Assembly: GCF_006345805.1 (NCBI RefSeq)
Contig: NC_043014.1
Coordinates: 23,312,001 to 23,376,000, forward strand
DNA: 64,000 bases
Direction: 5' to 3'
Origin: Octopus sinensis
Taxonomy: Eukaryota
Shown here one piece after another: positions 49,905-63,774 of this stretch. A program made the translations under genes and the position numbers. The notes below the pieces were generated by a model that saw nothing but the letters and a program-made list of their open reading frames with translations, ran no database searches and was not told the origin of the DNA. How positions within the stretch are numbered: the first letter of the stretch is position 1; each line of letters opens with the position of its first letter.

Positions 49905-51780
49905 TTATCAGTCTGAAAAAGAAACAGAAGAAAGAGAAACCTGGGCCGTTGAAAATATAAAAAGAAATCCTAAAGCTTTCTACACATTGGCAAAGGAATC
50001 TGCCTCAGTACGCTATAAGATTGGGCCACTATTTGGTAAAAACGGCTCACTAACTGCAGACCCAAGGAAGATAAGTGAAGCACTAAATAAACAATTCCGA
50101 AGTGTTTTCACTTCTCCAATGGAAAATATGCAAATAAGCTGAAGGGGTTTTTCAATGTAATTAATCTAATTGGAAAAGAGGCAACCATCGATTGCATCAA
50201 CATAACTGAAGAGGATGTAATATCAGCCATTGATGGGATGAGATCAAACTCAGTAACAGGCCCAGATGGACTCCCAGCTGTTCTCTTAAAGACGTAAAAA
50301 GGCTCTTGCAAAGCCACTGCAGATACTCTTTCATATTTTCCTTGCATGTGGTAAACTTCTCAACATGCTAAAATAGGGTATATGCTCTGTCCATAAAGGA
50401 GGGAGCAGAGCAGATGCTAAAAACTACATGACCATCTCTCTGACTGACCTCACATGTTAGCAAGACAGTGGAACACATTGTCAGAAAAAGGCTGATCACA
50501 TTCCTAGAAGAAAACAACCTTCTCACAAGCACATAATATGGCTTCCATTCAGAGAGGAGCTGCCTCACACAGTTGCTGCAGCATTTTGACTGGGTACTGA
50601 AGCAACAACTAAACCAGTCAGCTGTAGTCATGATATACCCCGACTTTGCCAAGGCTTTTGACAAGGTTGATCATGACATGATATATCAAAAGCTGCGAGA
50701 CCTTGGTATTACCAGAAAACTGGAAGAATGGCTGCATGATTTTCTGAAGGGAAGGAGCCAGACAGTTGTAGCCAATGGTGCTCACTCTGAAGAGTGACCC
50801 ACAGGGAACTGTACTAGGGCCCCTACTATTTGTGGTGGCCTTCTCAGACATGCCCTCTGCGGTACAGTCAGCCAATCTGGCCAGTTATGCTGATGACACA
50901 AAAGTATCGCAGGCAGTTAGGAACCCAGAGGACATCATAAAACATTCAGAAAGACTTGAACGAAATCTACAAATGGGCTAACAAAAATAACATGCAGTTA
51001 AATGCTATGAAATTTCAAGCACTCTACTATTGGTCCAACACCAGGCTAAAATTGGAATACACTGTACCAGAAGGTAATACGATCCCAGAGTCAGAGTCAG
51101 TGCATGACCTGAGACTTCACATGAGTAATGATGCAACATTCCATGTGCATATTACCAAGATGGCAACACTGAGCAGGCGAGTAGCTGGATGGATTCTGAG
51201 GACATTCAGAACCAGGAAAAGGGAAGCCCTGCTACCCCTATGGAAGACTTTTGTTCTCAGCTCCCAACTATGGTCCCTAGAGAGCGTGAAACAAATTGTG
51301 AAACTCGAAGCAATCCAGCACCAATGCACAAAGAAGATTGACTTGATGCATAAGATGGGCTACTGGAAGAGGCTAAAGGAGCTGAGTCTCTGTTACCTGG
51401 AGAGAAGACAAGAAAGATATGTGGTGATATATATTTGGAAGATCTTGGATGTTTTAGCTCCTAATTTTGGAACTGACAGCTATGCCAATCCTCGAACTGG
51501 ATGGCACTGCAATAGTCTGGGTTTCAAGGGCCCGCAATTGTTCAACATCCTTCCAGGCAACCTTAGAGATCTGCATGGTGTTAATTTGGAAGTTTTCAAG
51601 GAATGTCTGAACAGGTTTCTGTGTGAGATACCAGATGAACCCACATCGTGGCAGGAGACACAAAGAAGAGCAACTCCGTCCAACTCGCTACTTCACCAGA
51701 AACAATATCAGAAACAACACTGAGTAACTACAGGTGGTGCACCAGCGTGACCTCAGCCCTGGGCTGAAACCAGTAAAGAT
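49905..51780 (+). mobile_element. CR1-group LINE, same family as 35108-38310, degraded
   Basis: DFAKAFDKVDH, PQGTVLGP, YADD, NSLGFKGPQLFN; 3' hairpin CAGCC-CTG-GGCTG. Confidence 0.9.
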
Positions 51781-52212
51781 GATATGTATGTAGTGTTTTA
51801 TGTATGTAGTGTGTGTGTATGTAGTGTATGTTTGTGACAAAATGAATTTAGGGAAAAATCATTTTGCCACAAACATAGCAAAAAGAAACAATGCATTTTG
51901 TTTTCTAGTACTGATGTAAATTGTGCTAAAAAGATGGTTTATCCTTTATATTAGAAATCTATATATTCATCTGCATCTGAGGGGAGTGGTGTATTTCAAT
52001 TTGATGTAATGTTTTCATTGCTTGATTACATGGTGCCTCTTGAAACGACTGTAATGCATTAATACCTGAACCTCCTTGTTACTTATTTACTTTTTATTTA
52101 CCTAACTTCAAGCTGCACAGACTATACCAAACTAGCGTGGTGCCTAAATTTAAGTACCTAATTCATCTGAATCTTAATTATTTGTGTGTGTGTGTGTATA
52201 AATAGATAGATG

Positions 52213-52247
<35 letters not shown>

Positions 52248-52274
52248 ATGCATATATATATATATATATATATA

Positions 52275-53702
52275 TACAGAGAGGCTGTCAGCAAGGTTAG
52301 GATTGGCAACGAATATAGTGAAGAATTCCGGGTAGAAGTAGGTGTGCACCAGGGCTCAGCCCTCAGTCCCCTTTTATTCATCATAGTCCTTCAGGCAATA
52401 ACAGAGGAATTCAAAACGGGATGCCCCTGGGAGCTCCTCTATGTCGATGACCTAGCTCTCATAGCAGAATCACTACCGGAACTAGAAAAGAAATTTCAGG
52501 TGTGGAAGCAAGGGTTAGAATCAAAGGGCCTTAGAATAAATGTAGCAAAGACCAAAGTATTAGTAAGCAGCAAGAGGTACTCAGCACACACACCCTCGGG
52601 TAGGTGGCCCTGCTCAATCTGTAGGAAAGGTACAGGTAGAAACTCCATAAGATGCACCCAATGTAAGCTATGGACACATAAGAGGTGCAGCAACATTAAA
52701 GGGAAATTAACAGATAAGATAGCTTTCATGTGCGGCAGATGCACAGGGACAATAGACACAACAGACACTCAGAAAACAGATTCCATCACACTCCAGGGAG
52801 AGAAACTAGAAGTCGTTGATAGTTTCCGCTACCTGGGTGACCAAGTTAGTAGCGGAGGTGGATGCACAGAGAGTATCACCACTAGAATACGAATAGCCTG
52901 GGCAAAGTTCAGAAAGCTCCTACCCCTACTGGCAACAAAAGGTCTCTCCCTCAGAGCAAAAGGTAGATTGTATGATGCATGTGTGCGAACTGCCATGCTT
53001 CACAGTAATGAAACATGGGCTGTGACTGCAGAGGACATGCGTAGACTTGAAAGAAATGAAGCTAGCATGATCCGCTGGATGTGTAGTGTCAGTGTGCACG
53101 CAAGACAGAGTGTAAGCATCCTGAGAGAAATGCTGGATATAAGAAGCATCAGATGTGGTGTGCAAGAGCGACGCTTGCGATGGTATGGTCATGTGCTGCG
53201 GATGGATGAAGAGAGATGTGTGAAGAAGTGCCACTCCCAAACAGTTGAAGGTATCAGGGGGAGAGGTAGACCCAGGAAGACATGGGATGAGGTAGTCAAG
53301 CATGACCTCAGAGCATTGGGCCTCACTGAGGCAATGGCGAAGGACCGAGATCTCTGGAGATATGCTGTGACTGCAAAGACCCGGGCTGCTTTCTGCAGCA
53401 ATTCCACATACCCCCTACCCATTCAAAGTACCCCGGATCCCGTTGCCCCCGTGCCGCTGGCACGTTAAAAGCTCGAACCGATCGTGACCGATGCCGGACC
53501 CCCCGGCCCCTGTGCAGGTGGCACGTAAAAAGCACCCACTCCACTCACAGAGTGGTTGGCGTTAGGAAGGGCATCCAGCCGTAGAAACTCTGCCAGATCA
53601 GACTGGAGCCTGGAGCGGCCCCTGGCTTCCCAGACCCCGGTCGAACTGTCCAACCCGTGCTAGCGCGGAAAACAGACGTTAAACGATGATGATGATGATG
53701 AT
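52275..53702 (+). mobile_element. RTE LINE, 5'-truncated, stop-free RT C-terminal half, (GAT)n tail
   Basis: QGSALSP, YVDD, PHD-like finger, FRYLG, GRGRPRKTW. Confidence 0.95.
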
Positions 53703-54443
53703 ATATATATACATATACATATATAATTCAACTACAGTAGTAGTTGAATAATATTCTTAAGGCTGCAATTTACTCATATGCAGCACCATTCAGAGCTTGT
53801 TGCTAATTCGGTTCTTAACCAAATTATAAACTGTTAACATTTTTGAAGAGGACTAGTCCCTAGCTACATTTTGGCATAAAAAAATTGAGATCTGATCCAG
53901 TGGAAAAAATGTTTACGTCAAGATTTGTAGCAACATTATAGGAGAGTAAAGTAACACTTCCAATCAAGTTTAGATCTAAATAATTTTTTTGTTTTAAAAG
54001 CAAAATATATTTATCTTAGCTTCAATGATAAAAGAAAGCATAAGGAATTTCATAGTTTTGGTCCCATGCAACTAAAATTTGTATCAAAAAATTTGTGAGA
54101 TAAAATATCATGAAAAAAATGTAAGGCAAAAAATTGGCTTTAAGTATAATTATCTTTTTTTATTTTTAAAACAAACTATATTTTAATTAAGCTTAAATGA
54201 TAGAGCTCAATTCAAGGAATTTCATAGTATTGATCTCATGGAATGAAATTTTAAAAGAAAATTATGAGTGTTTGTTTCTCAAATTTGAGGGTGATAATAT
54301 AGTTCTATACATTTTTATGAATATAGTTCTATAAGAGGACTTTTAATATATATCACTGGCATCACTGAGGTAAGGAAAAAATTATTGATGACACCGCTAA
54401 TTGACATATTTGACACATTATTAATTAGCACAATAGCATAACC

Positions 54444-55255
54444 TGGAAAAATGCAAGCAAGAGAAATAATATTCTTAAGATTATAAACCCAGAAAACTAC
54501 AGGACAAGTTATTACACTTGGAACAGATCAGGACAAGTGATTACATCTGGTAAAGTATAGAACAAGAACATTTTTTACTTAAAATATTGCAGCTAAGGAT
54601 AAAATTTGAATATTAAAAATTATTTGATTTTAATTTACCAAGTAACATATAATTAAAAAAGGTAGCATCATTTTGTTAAAATATTAACACACTAGAATAC
54701 TTAAAAAATGAGAGCCAAAGTTTTATGCAAAGTAGAATAGTATACATATATATATTCATTATGTAAAAAATAGGCATTGGGTAAAAACTAAAAATGTAGC
54801 AATAACTCAAGCAAACTTAACTGTGAATTTGTTGTTATAGGTAGATTTTTCTGTAATATATAACTAATTTTTGTATAATTCTGTTTATTGTACTAATTAT
54901 GTTCTACTATTATTTTTTATAACCTATTTTCAAATTTCTAATTATTAATCATTAAAAAAGTGAATTTTTTTGAAATGCAAAAAATATTTTGAGTTATTTT
55001 TCATGTTTAACAGAAGTAACAAGTAATAAATAGAAGTAATAACTTGTAATAACATTTTTAGTTTTAATAAAAGCTAATGTTTTCTAAATCTAAATATTTT
55101 ATATGAAATTTTATCCTTGGTTGCAAAATTTTCTTGTTCTGTACTTTACCAGATGTAATAACTTGTCCTGAACTTTTCCACGTGTAATAACTTATCCTGT
55201 AGTTTTCCAGGTCTATAATCTTAAGAATATTATTCCTCTTGCTTGCATTTTTCCA
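54444..55255. mobile_element. Second foldback/MITE-like element with about 170-200-bp inverted arms
   Basis: TGGAAAAATGCAAGCAAGAG..ACAAG at 54444-54640 matches the reverse complement of about 55085-55255. Confidence 0.8.
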
Positions 55256-56740
55256 TATTATATGTATGTATACACACACACACACACACACACACATGCT
55301 TTTATTTCTGTAGCCTGCTGGTTTAGATTGTTAGTAATCACTACTGTTTACATTATTTTAATCTGTATTTAGTTATTATACTCCTCCATCCACATTCAGT
55401 ACACTTATTTCCAACACAAATATGCATGTTGTACCTTAATGACTCCCCCCTCTCTCTCTTTTATTTTTGTCTCCTAACACAGAGTACTAGTTTATTAGAG
55501 TAGTGTAGGAATCTGAGAATTAATTATATAAAATACCATATTTGTTTTCTTTTCTCGATTTTGTTTAAAGGCTCAATATATCAATCAAATAACAAAATAA
55601 GGATCAGCAGTTGTATAATAGTTTAGTGCAAAATGGGCGGAATCAAAATGCTGCTTAATCAAAATGCTGCTTAATCAAAATGCTGCTTAATCAAAATACA
55701 GCCCAGACGGGTCAGCCACAAAGTGCATGTGAAGGAACCAAGAATACTCAAACTACTTCATAGGAAACAACCAGATGTCTCCCACACACTTGATGGCATT
55801 TTTGTTGCTGTTTAACTTTAGGTCAGACCTTGTTACGTCGCCATATAATTCACAGTGTTCTACCCTTGACCATGCAGTATTTTACTTTGGAATCAAGTGT
55901 CAATATAACACTACTGAATTTGGTTTCAGATACTCTTGTTTAAGATGGATGTTAGGTGAATTTGGCTACTGTTGGTAGATCAAGAGGCTCATCACATAGA
56001 TGTTCTCTTTTGGGTTACTACATTAAATTGGCCTTGTTGGGTTTTGTTTTAGGTGTTGTTTCATGTGAGAAGAGTTTGTGAAACATGCATAAATGACTAC
56101 TATGCTCTGGGATTTGATCAAAGAATAACCAATTTCTTGTGACATTTATGCTTCAATGAGCTTACAGGGTCTGTGAGAGCAAATAATTTATAGGCACTGA
56201 ACTAAATACATTACCCTAAATAAATATTTAGTTTTTTTCTCTAAGTGTTCTTAATTCATATTCCATTTGGGCTGCTTTGTCTTTCATTTCTCTGAGTATG
56301 ACAGAATACCAGTAATATACCAGAGATCAAATTATTTGATTATACCAACTATTACAAACAAAACAACTATAAAAATATAGCTAAAATGAGTCCAAAGGCA
56401 CAATTTTCAATGTTACAAACTAATAATAATAACGACGATGATGATCATGATGATTACTTTTAATATTAATAATTCTTTTTACTCTAGGCACAAGCCCTGA
56501 AATTTTGAGGAATTGGGATAGACATTGATTCTAGTGCTCAACATGTACTTATTTTATCAAACCTGAAAGAATGAAAGTAAAGTCAACCTCAGCAAAATTT
56601 GAACTCAGAATGTAAAGACAGACTAAATGCTGCTAAGCATTTTGCTCAATCTGCTAATGACTCTGCCAGCTTGCTGCCTTAATAGTAATAATAATAATAA
56701 GAAGAAGAAGAATCATCATCATCATCTTCATCATCCCTTA

Positions 56741-58042
56741 AGAAAAGTATGATGCTCCACCTCCAAAACACAGCCTCTATCTCTGATTCCCAACACGGCT
56801 TCGTGCCGAAGAGATCATGCTTGACCAACTTACTGGTAATGGAAGAATTGGTGACGCGCATCCTCGATGATAGTGATGCTGTTGACGTCGTTTTATTGGA
56901 CTTTGCCAAAGCTTTTGACTCGGTAAACCACCGCCTATTACTTGTCAAGCTTCAAGCATATAGTTTCCATCCGGATATTGTACGATGGGTTGGTGCCTTC
57001 CTCTCAGATCGCTCCTTCCAAGTCCAAGTTAATGGTTCGCGGTCTGACATCTCCAGTGCGAGCAGTGGCGTGCCTCAAGGTTCAGTGCTTGGGCCCTTAT
57101 TGTTCTTAGTCTTCATAAATGACTTGTCCGACGACCTCACACAACACACCCTTCTATTTGCCGACGATGTCAAACTGGTCGCTCCTCGCGGTAATATAGA
57201 GGATCTTTGTCGATGCCTCCACCAAATTTGGAGATGGTCTAACGAATAGGACCTGTGTCTGAACTTGTCGAAGTGCTGTCATCTGCCTGTTGGCTCTCCT
57301 CCTGCAACTCAACTTGATTTCGAGCTGGGTCATCAGCTGCTGGAGAGGACCGATCAGGTAAAGGACCTGGGTATCTTGGTGGATTCCTCCTTTTCACCTT
57401 CGGCACAGTGCGTCCATGCTGCCAACAAAGCACGCGGAATTCTGTTCTTGATTCGACGGTCATTCGGAATGCTCACAGCAGCCATATTCCTACCGCTCTA
57501 TGTCACGCTGATGAGATCCATATTGGAGTATGGGATCCAAGCCTCTTCTCCTTATCTCCTCAAAGACATACAGCATCTCGAAAGAGTCCAGAAGCTGGCT
57601 ACCCGCATGGTTCTTGGTCTCAAGAATTTGTCTTATGAGGAAAGGCTGAAGACGCTCGACCTTTATTCTCTAGAAAAACTATGACGCCGTGGTGATCTCA
57701 TTCTTGCTCACAACATCATAAGCAGAAAGTGTAACCTCTCGAAAGAGCTGTTCTTCACTCCTGCTCCAGAGCGTCGGCTGCGGGGTCATTCCGTAAAGCT
57801 CTATCTGTGACGATTTCATCTCAATCGAAGGAGAGGGGGCTTTCTCCATCTGGGTTGCGGATCCATGGAATAAGCTGCCAGATGAGATGGTGAAGATGCC
57901 GATGACCGCTCGGTTCAAAGTCTCCCTTGACCTTAAGTGGCCTGAACTCTTTGCATAAACACCACCCTGTACATAACTCCATGTCCCCCTACATGGCCTT
58001 GCTTTTTGCTTTTTGAGCCAAAAATTAACTAACTAACTAACA
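56741..58042 (+). mobile_element. CR1-group LINE, same family as 8156-10295, 5'-truncated, (AACT)n tail
   Basis: High identity to the 8-10 kb copy; SGVPQGSVLGP retained; stops at 57247 and 57682. Confidence 0.95.
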
Positions 58043-58524
58043 TTTGAGAGGAGAGTTTTAGTCAATATTTCACTGGTACTTATTTTAATACTGAAAGGCC
58101 GTATTAAACTTAGTGGGGTTCAACTCTATATATAAAAAGTCAAAACAAAAAGTGCAAAGCTTTTTGTCTCGTGCTCTAACAATTCTAGTATCCAACAATT
58201 GTTTCTAAAATAGCCACAGATTTAGAGGAAGGAATTTAATATATTATATTGGTTTTAAATTTTGGCCAGCAATTCCAGGAGAGGGGCTGAGTCAATTACA
58301 TTGACCCCAGAGCTTGACCGGTACTTATTTTATTGACCCTAAATGAATGAAAGGCAAAGTCAACCTCAGCAGAATTTGAATCCAGAAGTTAAAGATGGAC
58401 AAAATGCTGCTCAGCATTTTGTCTGGCATTCTAATGATTCTGCCACCTTATTTGATATATGCCTAACCTTTAATACTACAACATATTTTCTCCAGTGCTC
58501 TTGTTGATATGGCCATCCACTACT

Positions 58525-59635
58525 CTTAATAATAATAATAATTTATTCTTTTATTAGCCACGAGGTCTCACATACAAAAACATTAAATAACATACAACAT
58601 AAAAGACAAAAACAGGATGATACAATAGGTTTTTGCATGTTCACAATGTAATAACAATAAAAATTGAACAAATTCAAACTCCCAATAGGGGAGGCACTTT
58701 ACGGGCCTCATGGCAAAACCCACAAAAGCCACAAGTGCCTGAACAACAGGGCAAGAGCCCTTTTCCTTTGATTCCATTTTTACAGGCACACACTCAGAAT
58801 TGGTCCTTTCACACTGGCCATTCTTTCAACAAACTTGCTATAAGGCAACACTTTTCTCTCTACCCTCAACTTCCTTTGCAAGTGAAACTTGAAAAAGTTG
58901 ATGAGGGCTTAGCCAAAAAGGAAAGTGTCTGTCTTTAGCCCTTTCAAAGTGGAACTACCATCGACCACATTGCATGCCTGGTGGAGAGCTGTGAGCACTT
59001 GAGGTCCCAAGCGTTCCTCCTCAGTCTACACCTAATCCAGGATTGCAGCTCAGTCAAAGAAACGAACTATGGAAAAGTGTCTCTTACAAATGGTGACCAC
59101 ACCAGCTCACCGTCAAGGAAATGCTGGAGATGCCACAACCTCAGTGCATGTCTGCACATCAATAACCACAACATGCCCAGCCCTTCACCCTTCATTCGGC
59201 AGCTGTTGACAGCAGATGGAGCGCCTGACCAGTAGAACACGCCCCTTCCACAGAAAATGGAAGAGTAAATGCACCAGCTTGGTCAGCCAGCAAACAGGGC
59301 AAGGGACAACTGTCAAACAGTAATAGATGACGGATGCGATGTACGCATTTACCACATTCACTCAACCTTTTAGGGACAGCTTCCTCTCAGCCCATTTCTG
59401 GGTGAGATTGGCTACCCTGCTCGTCACCTCATCCCAGTTATTCTCCACCTGGAAGTCCAGACCAAACCAGACTCCGAGCAACTTAACGAGACCATCTGTC
59501 CAGCACCCCACAATGCTGTTCGACGGTATGGACTTGCCTCTCCAGAGGCTGACTTGCAAGCCCACTGACTTTTCTGCGTTAATTTTTGCTCCTGTCACCA
59601 CTTCATATTCTTGTAGTGTTTTGCCAACGTGGATA
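58525..59635 (-). mobile_element. L1/Tx1-clade LINE 3' fragment
   Basis: GAKINAEKS, KLLGVWFG, W..RKLSLKG; 3' AATAAA and T-rich UTR. Confidence 0.7.
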
Positions 59636-60992
59636 CATGACTAACCCTAGAATGTAAGGCAAAGTCAATATCAGTGAGATTCACATCCAGAAGACAAAGG
59701 AAAAGTGAATAAATAAGCATTTTGTCTGATGCACCACCAAGTTTTGTCATTCTCACTCTATAATAGCTTAATCACTTGACCTACTAGAAATAGGTAGCAA
59801 ATCTCCCTTGAATTGCACACTAAATAATGTGAGTATATGTACATCTGAGACCATTGAAGACCAGGTCTGGCAGTGCAGGCTACAGTAGTTTAGCCACATC
59901 TGCAGGATAAGCACTGGAAGACTACCACACCAGCTTTTGTGGCAGCAGTGGCCCACACACTGGAGAATCCAGCACAGTGCACTAATGAAGACATGGGTGA
60001 AACAAATTGAGGAAAACCTGAAGTAACAGCACCTCAACCTCAAGCATGCTAAGCCAGTGCCATGGATTGGAAAACATGGAATAACATTATCCCCAGGGTT
60101 TGTCATCTAGTGGCACCCACAGTAACATACTGGTTGAGAAGACAGCCTCCCCTTCTGTCATCAGATAGGGATTTTACTTACTGTGATGATCACAGCTTGA
60201 ATAAATCAGGACAGACCCAGAGCTAAACAACAACCTTACAGGGCTTACAGTTATATGAATAAAAAAAAAAAAAATTTTTTAATGAAATATAAGATCATAT
60301 CAGTAATTAATAATTAGAATCTATTTTCTTTGGGCGAGTTTTTATTTCCCCCATTTGCAAATGAGCTTAATTCCTTTTAAAATTCATGTCCAGCAAACAT
60401 ATACTTAAATCAGATAATGTTGTCTTAGTAACATGGTAGACATTTATACCAGCTTTTGATACACTTAGACATTCTGATCATGCAGTTTATAAATAAACCT
60501 CTCTTTGATAAACCTAAATTATCACATCACACCACACTGCACATCTTGGTTATTTAACCAATGCTTCAAGCAACATTATTTTAGTAACACCTTATTACAT
60601 ACACTATCCTTCTATCCTTCCTTCCTCCTTTTTGCCAGATTTTAATCCCGCTAAAGATAATAACAGTAATTATGAAGATAATGATGATAACAATGGCAGC
60701 CAATAATAATGAGCCTATAGGATAACCTCTATGTGGTTGTTGATCCACTAGAAATAACAGCCAGAATCTTCCTCACTGTCTTAAAGAAGGAAATATACAT
60801 TGGATAATGTAATCCAAAATGTGTGTATATATACACACATGCATGCATAGACACATATGTACATACATACATACATACAGGCTTCTTTCAGTAGATATCA
60901 AAGACACTTGCCCAAAAGTACTGTGTAGTGCGATTGAACCCAAAACCACAGGGTTGGGAAGCAAACTTCATAACTCCTCAGGAATGCTTGCA

Positions 60993-61038
<46 letters not shown>

Positions 61039-61349
61039 GAAGACAGGGATTTGAGAAATATAGGTGAGTACCTCAGTCAGCAGGCTAACAATGTAAATGA
61101 AGCAAAATTAGAATTACTATTCAGTTAATCCAACAAAAATGTTTTATTCAAACTAAATCTCGGGAAAGAAACCAATTATGAGACTGATGCTTCCATGACA
61201 GAGTATAAATGTAAACAAATAAAGGAATGCTGCTGACTATATTACATTTGTTAATCAGTTATGATCATTTCAATAATTAGTGTAATTTTTACATTAATAT
61301 AATATTTTATACATAATTTTTTTTTTTTTATTATGTAAAACCATATAAT

Positions 61350-61517
61350 ATCAGTTTCGAATTTTGTCACGAACCCAGCAATTTTGAGGGGAGGGCAGGG
61401 TAAATTGATTACATCGGTCCCAATACTCAAGTGATTCTTATTTTATCAACCCCTAAAGGATGAAAGGTAAAGTCAGCAGATGAAATGCTGCTAAGCATTT
61501 TGCCTGGCATTGCCATT
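61350..61517 (-). mobile_element. SINE family B, internally deleted, with 14-bp TSD
   Basis: TAAAACCATATAAT at 61336-61349 and 61518-61531. Confidence 0.75.
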
Positions 61518-61778
61518 TAAAACCATATAATGTTAAGTGAAATTTTCCACAATCATCTCATCAGACTTGGATGTAAATGCAATACCAATGTACATATCCA
61601 AATTTGATGAAGTAAATATGAGAGGGAAAAAGTCTAGGAGATGATAATAATAAATTAAATAACAAGTTATCATCAGAGAAACACCCAAGCAAAAGGACTA
61701 AAAAAAATTCTTTAGATCTATTGTAAACTAAATATTTAGGTCAACTAAATATTTAGGGAACTGAAGATTTATTGTATA

Positions 61779-63186
61779 CTTGCTGAATTACCCGGTAATG
61801 CTCGGAAAAGCAGGAGTTATTTCCAGTTCCCATTCCCATTACAGTTTCATGTCCTATTCCGTTCCCTGTTGAGTTCCACTCCCATTCCTATCCTCAATCC
61901 TATGTCAATATATAAATTTTAGAATCGGTTAGGTGTAATTAAGCCATTAAATATTTTATTAACCTTTATGGTAATAGTTTATTGCTAAAAATAAGTATTA
62001 CAAACTATTAATACGGTTAGTGGCTGAATAAGGAATGTCCTTATATTTTAACAAATGAATATGCATCTGAGTAAAATAAATGAGTTGACTGGTAATGCCA
62101 GGAAAGCAGAGGTTATCCCCAGTTCCCATTTACCATTACACTGTTCCATGTCCTATTCCATTTCCAGTGCAGTTCCCATCTTTATGCCCAACCTGTTGTT
62201 TATGGTAATAATTTATTGCTAAAAATAGGTATTACAAACTACTAATTCAATTAGTAGGTGAATAAGGAATGTCCCTATATATTTTAACAAACGAATATGC
62301 ATCTGAGTAAAATAAATTAGATAAATAGATAGATTTACAAATACATTAATAAATAGTCTGCATATTGTAGCTGGCATTGTCGTGTGTCTTAGCTTATCAT
62401 AGCTGATTTGTAAACATGTGCTACAGACCCACTCCCTAGGGCACCTATTATAGATTTTTATTGAAATCCAATTTGCCTATAATTCAACTGGATGTTAGGG
62501 ACAAATAAATAACAAAATCAGATTTAATGTGGAAAATTATTTCAATACCAAATTTGAAAATTTTGACAATTTTAAAATCTAGAGAGACAGACAGTTATAC
62601 GATGTCTCACACACACACACAAATTTACAAACATACACACAGGTAATCATGAGTTTAAAATGGTGTATAGTAGACATATGTATGTACATATATGTATGTG
62701 TGGTTGTGTTTCTTTGCGATGGACAGCAGAAAAGCCACCTATATAAGTGATATAAGTCACTCTCCTTAAAGCTACATATTCCTCACACCCACCTTTCTGT
62801 GTGTGTGTGTGTGTTGTATCTGTGTATTTACAAAAATATGTATGCAGCATCGCATGTGTATGACAGCTTTATTAACATTACCATCTTATTCTCACTGTTG
62901 CTATCACCTTCACTGATATAAGTCACTCTCTCTCTCTCTGTTACTAACTTTCCCTCTGTTACTACCTGGGACTTATACTTTTTGCAACTTCCTCATTTTA
63001 TCATGTAATTCGCCCAACACCCCTGGAAGGCACATTATAGATTTTTATTGAAATACAATTAGCCTATTATTGAACTGGATGTTAGTATCACATGTATTCA
63101 AAGTTTCATGAATATTGGTTGGGTGGTTTAGGCAGTAAGTTGGTAACAGATAGACAGACAGAAATTGCCATTTATAAATATATAGA
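61779..63186 (-). mobile_element. Non-autonomous Helitron with internal duplications
   Basis: Minus strand starts TCTATATATTTATAAATGG..TGTCTGTC and ends CCGAGCATTACCGGG-TAATTCAG-CAAG|T (CTAG variant). Confidence 0.6.
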
Positions 63187-63774
63187 CTAGGGGAGAAAGA
63201 GTTGAGATTAAGAAATAAAGGATTAGTTATACAGGAACAAAATTTAGCTGGAATTTTAAGATGTAGAGGACATTTTATAAAGAATCATCTGTAATAAAGC
63301 TGGAGTAACACAAAAAAATAGGAACATTATTTTTAACTGTTACAAATTATGTAAGTTGGCTAAATAGAATTTTCAAGAAAGTTTTATTGAATTGATGGGA
63401 ACAACAGATTAATAATTCATTGTTTATTAGACCTATCCTGCACCAGAGAATTTCAAGTACTTCCTTGAAATATGAATTACAGCTGCCTGCATAACCTTTG
63501 TATGGAAATACAGAACATGTAATTAACCAATGAAATGAGTAATCAATGTTCCTCCCTTTGAGATCCTAAATAAATTTAGCAAGTGAAGTACTCAGAGCTT
63601 TCCTTTTATTTTTAAAGAAATGTATTTGTTTATGTAATCTGAATTTGAATTATTTATACCAGATAGAGATATATTTTTTCCAGAGGAAAAAATTAAAGGT
63701 ACACTCCCTATTACTAATACCATTTAATTTTCTATTATTTATAGCTTCAATATTATCATGTAATTTATATATAG

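Noticed and set aside
55775-55978. Candidate second host exon
   Set aside because: No Ig or FN3 motifs, and stops occur in the frames following the plausible acceptor.
63181-63195. CTAG|TC on the minus strand as a head-to-tail Helitron junction
   Set aside because: No 3' hairpin or Helitron sequence precedes the CTAG; likely chance.
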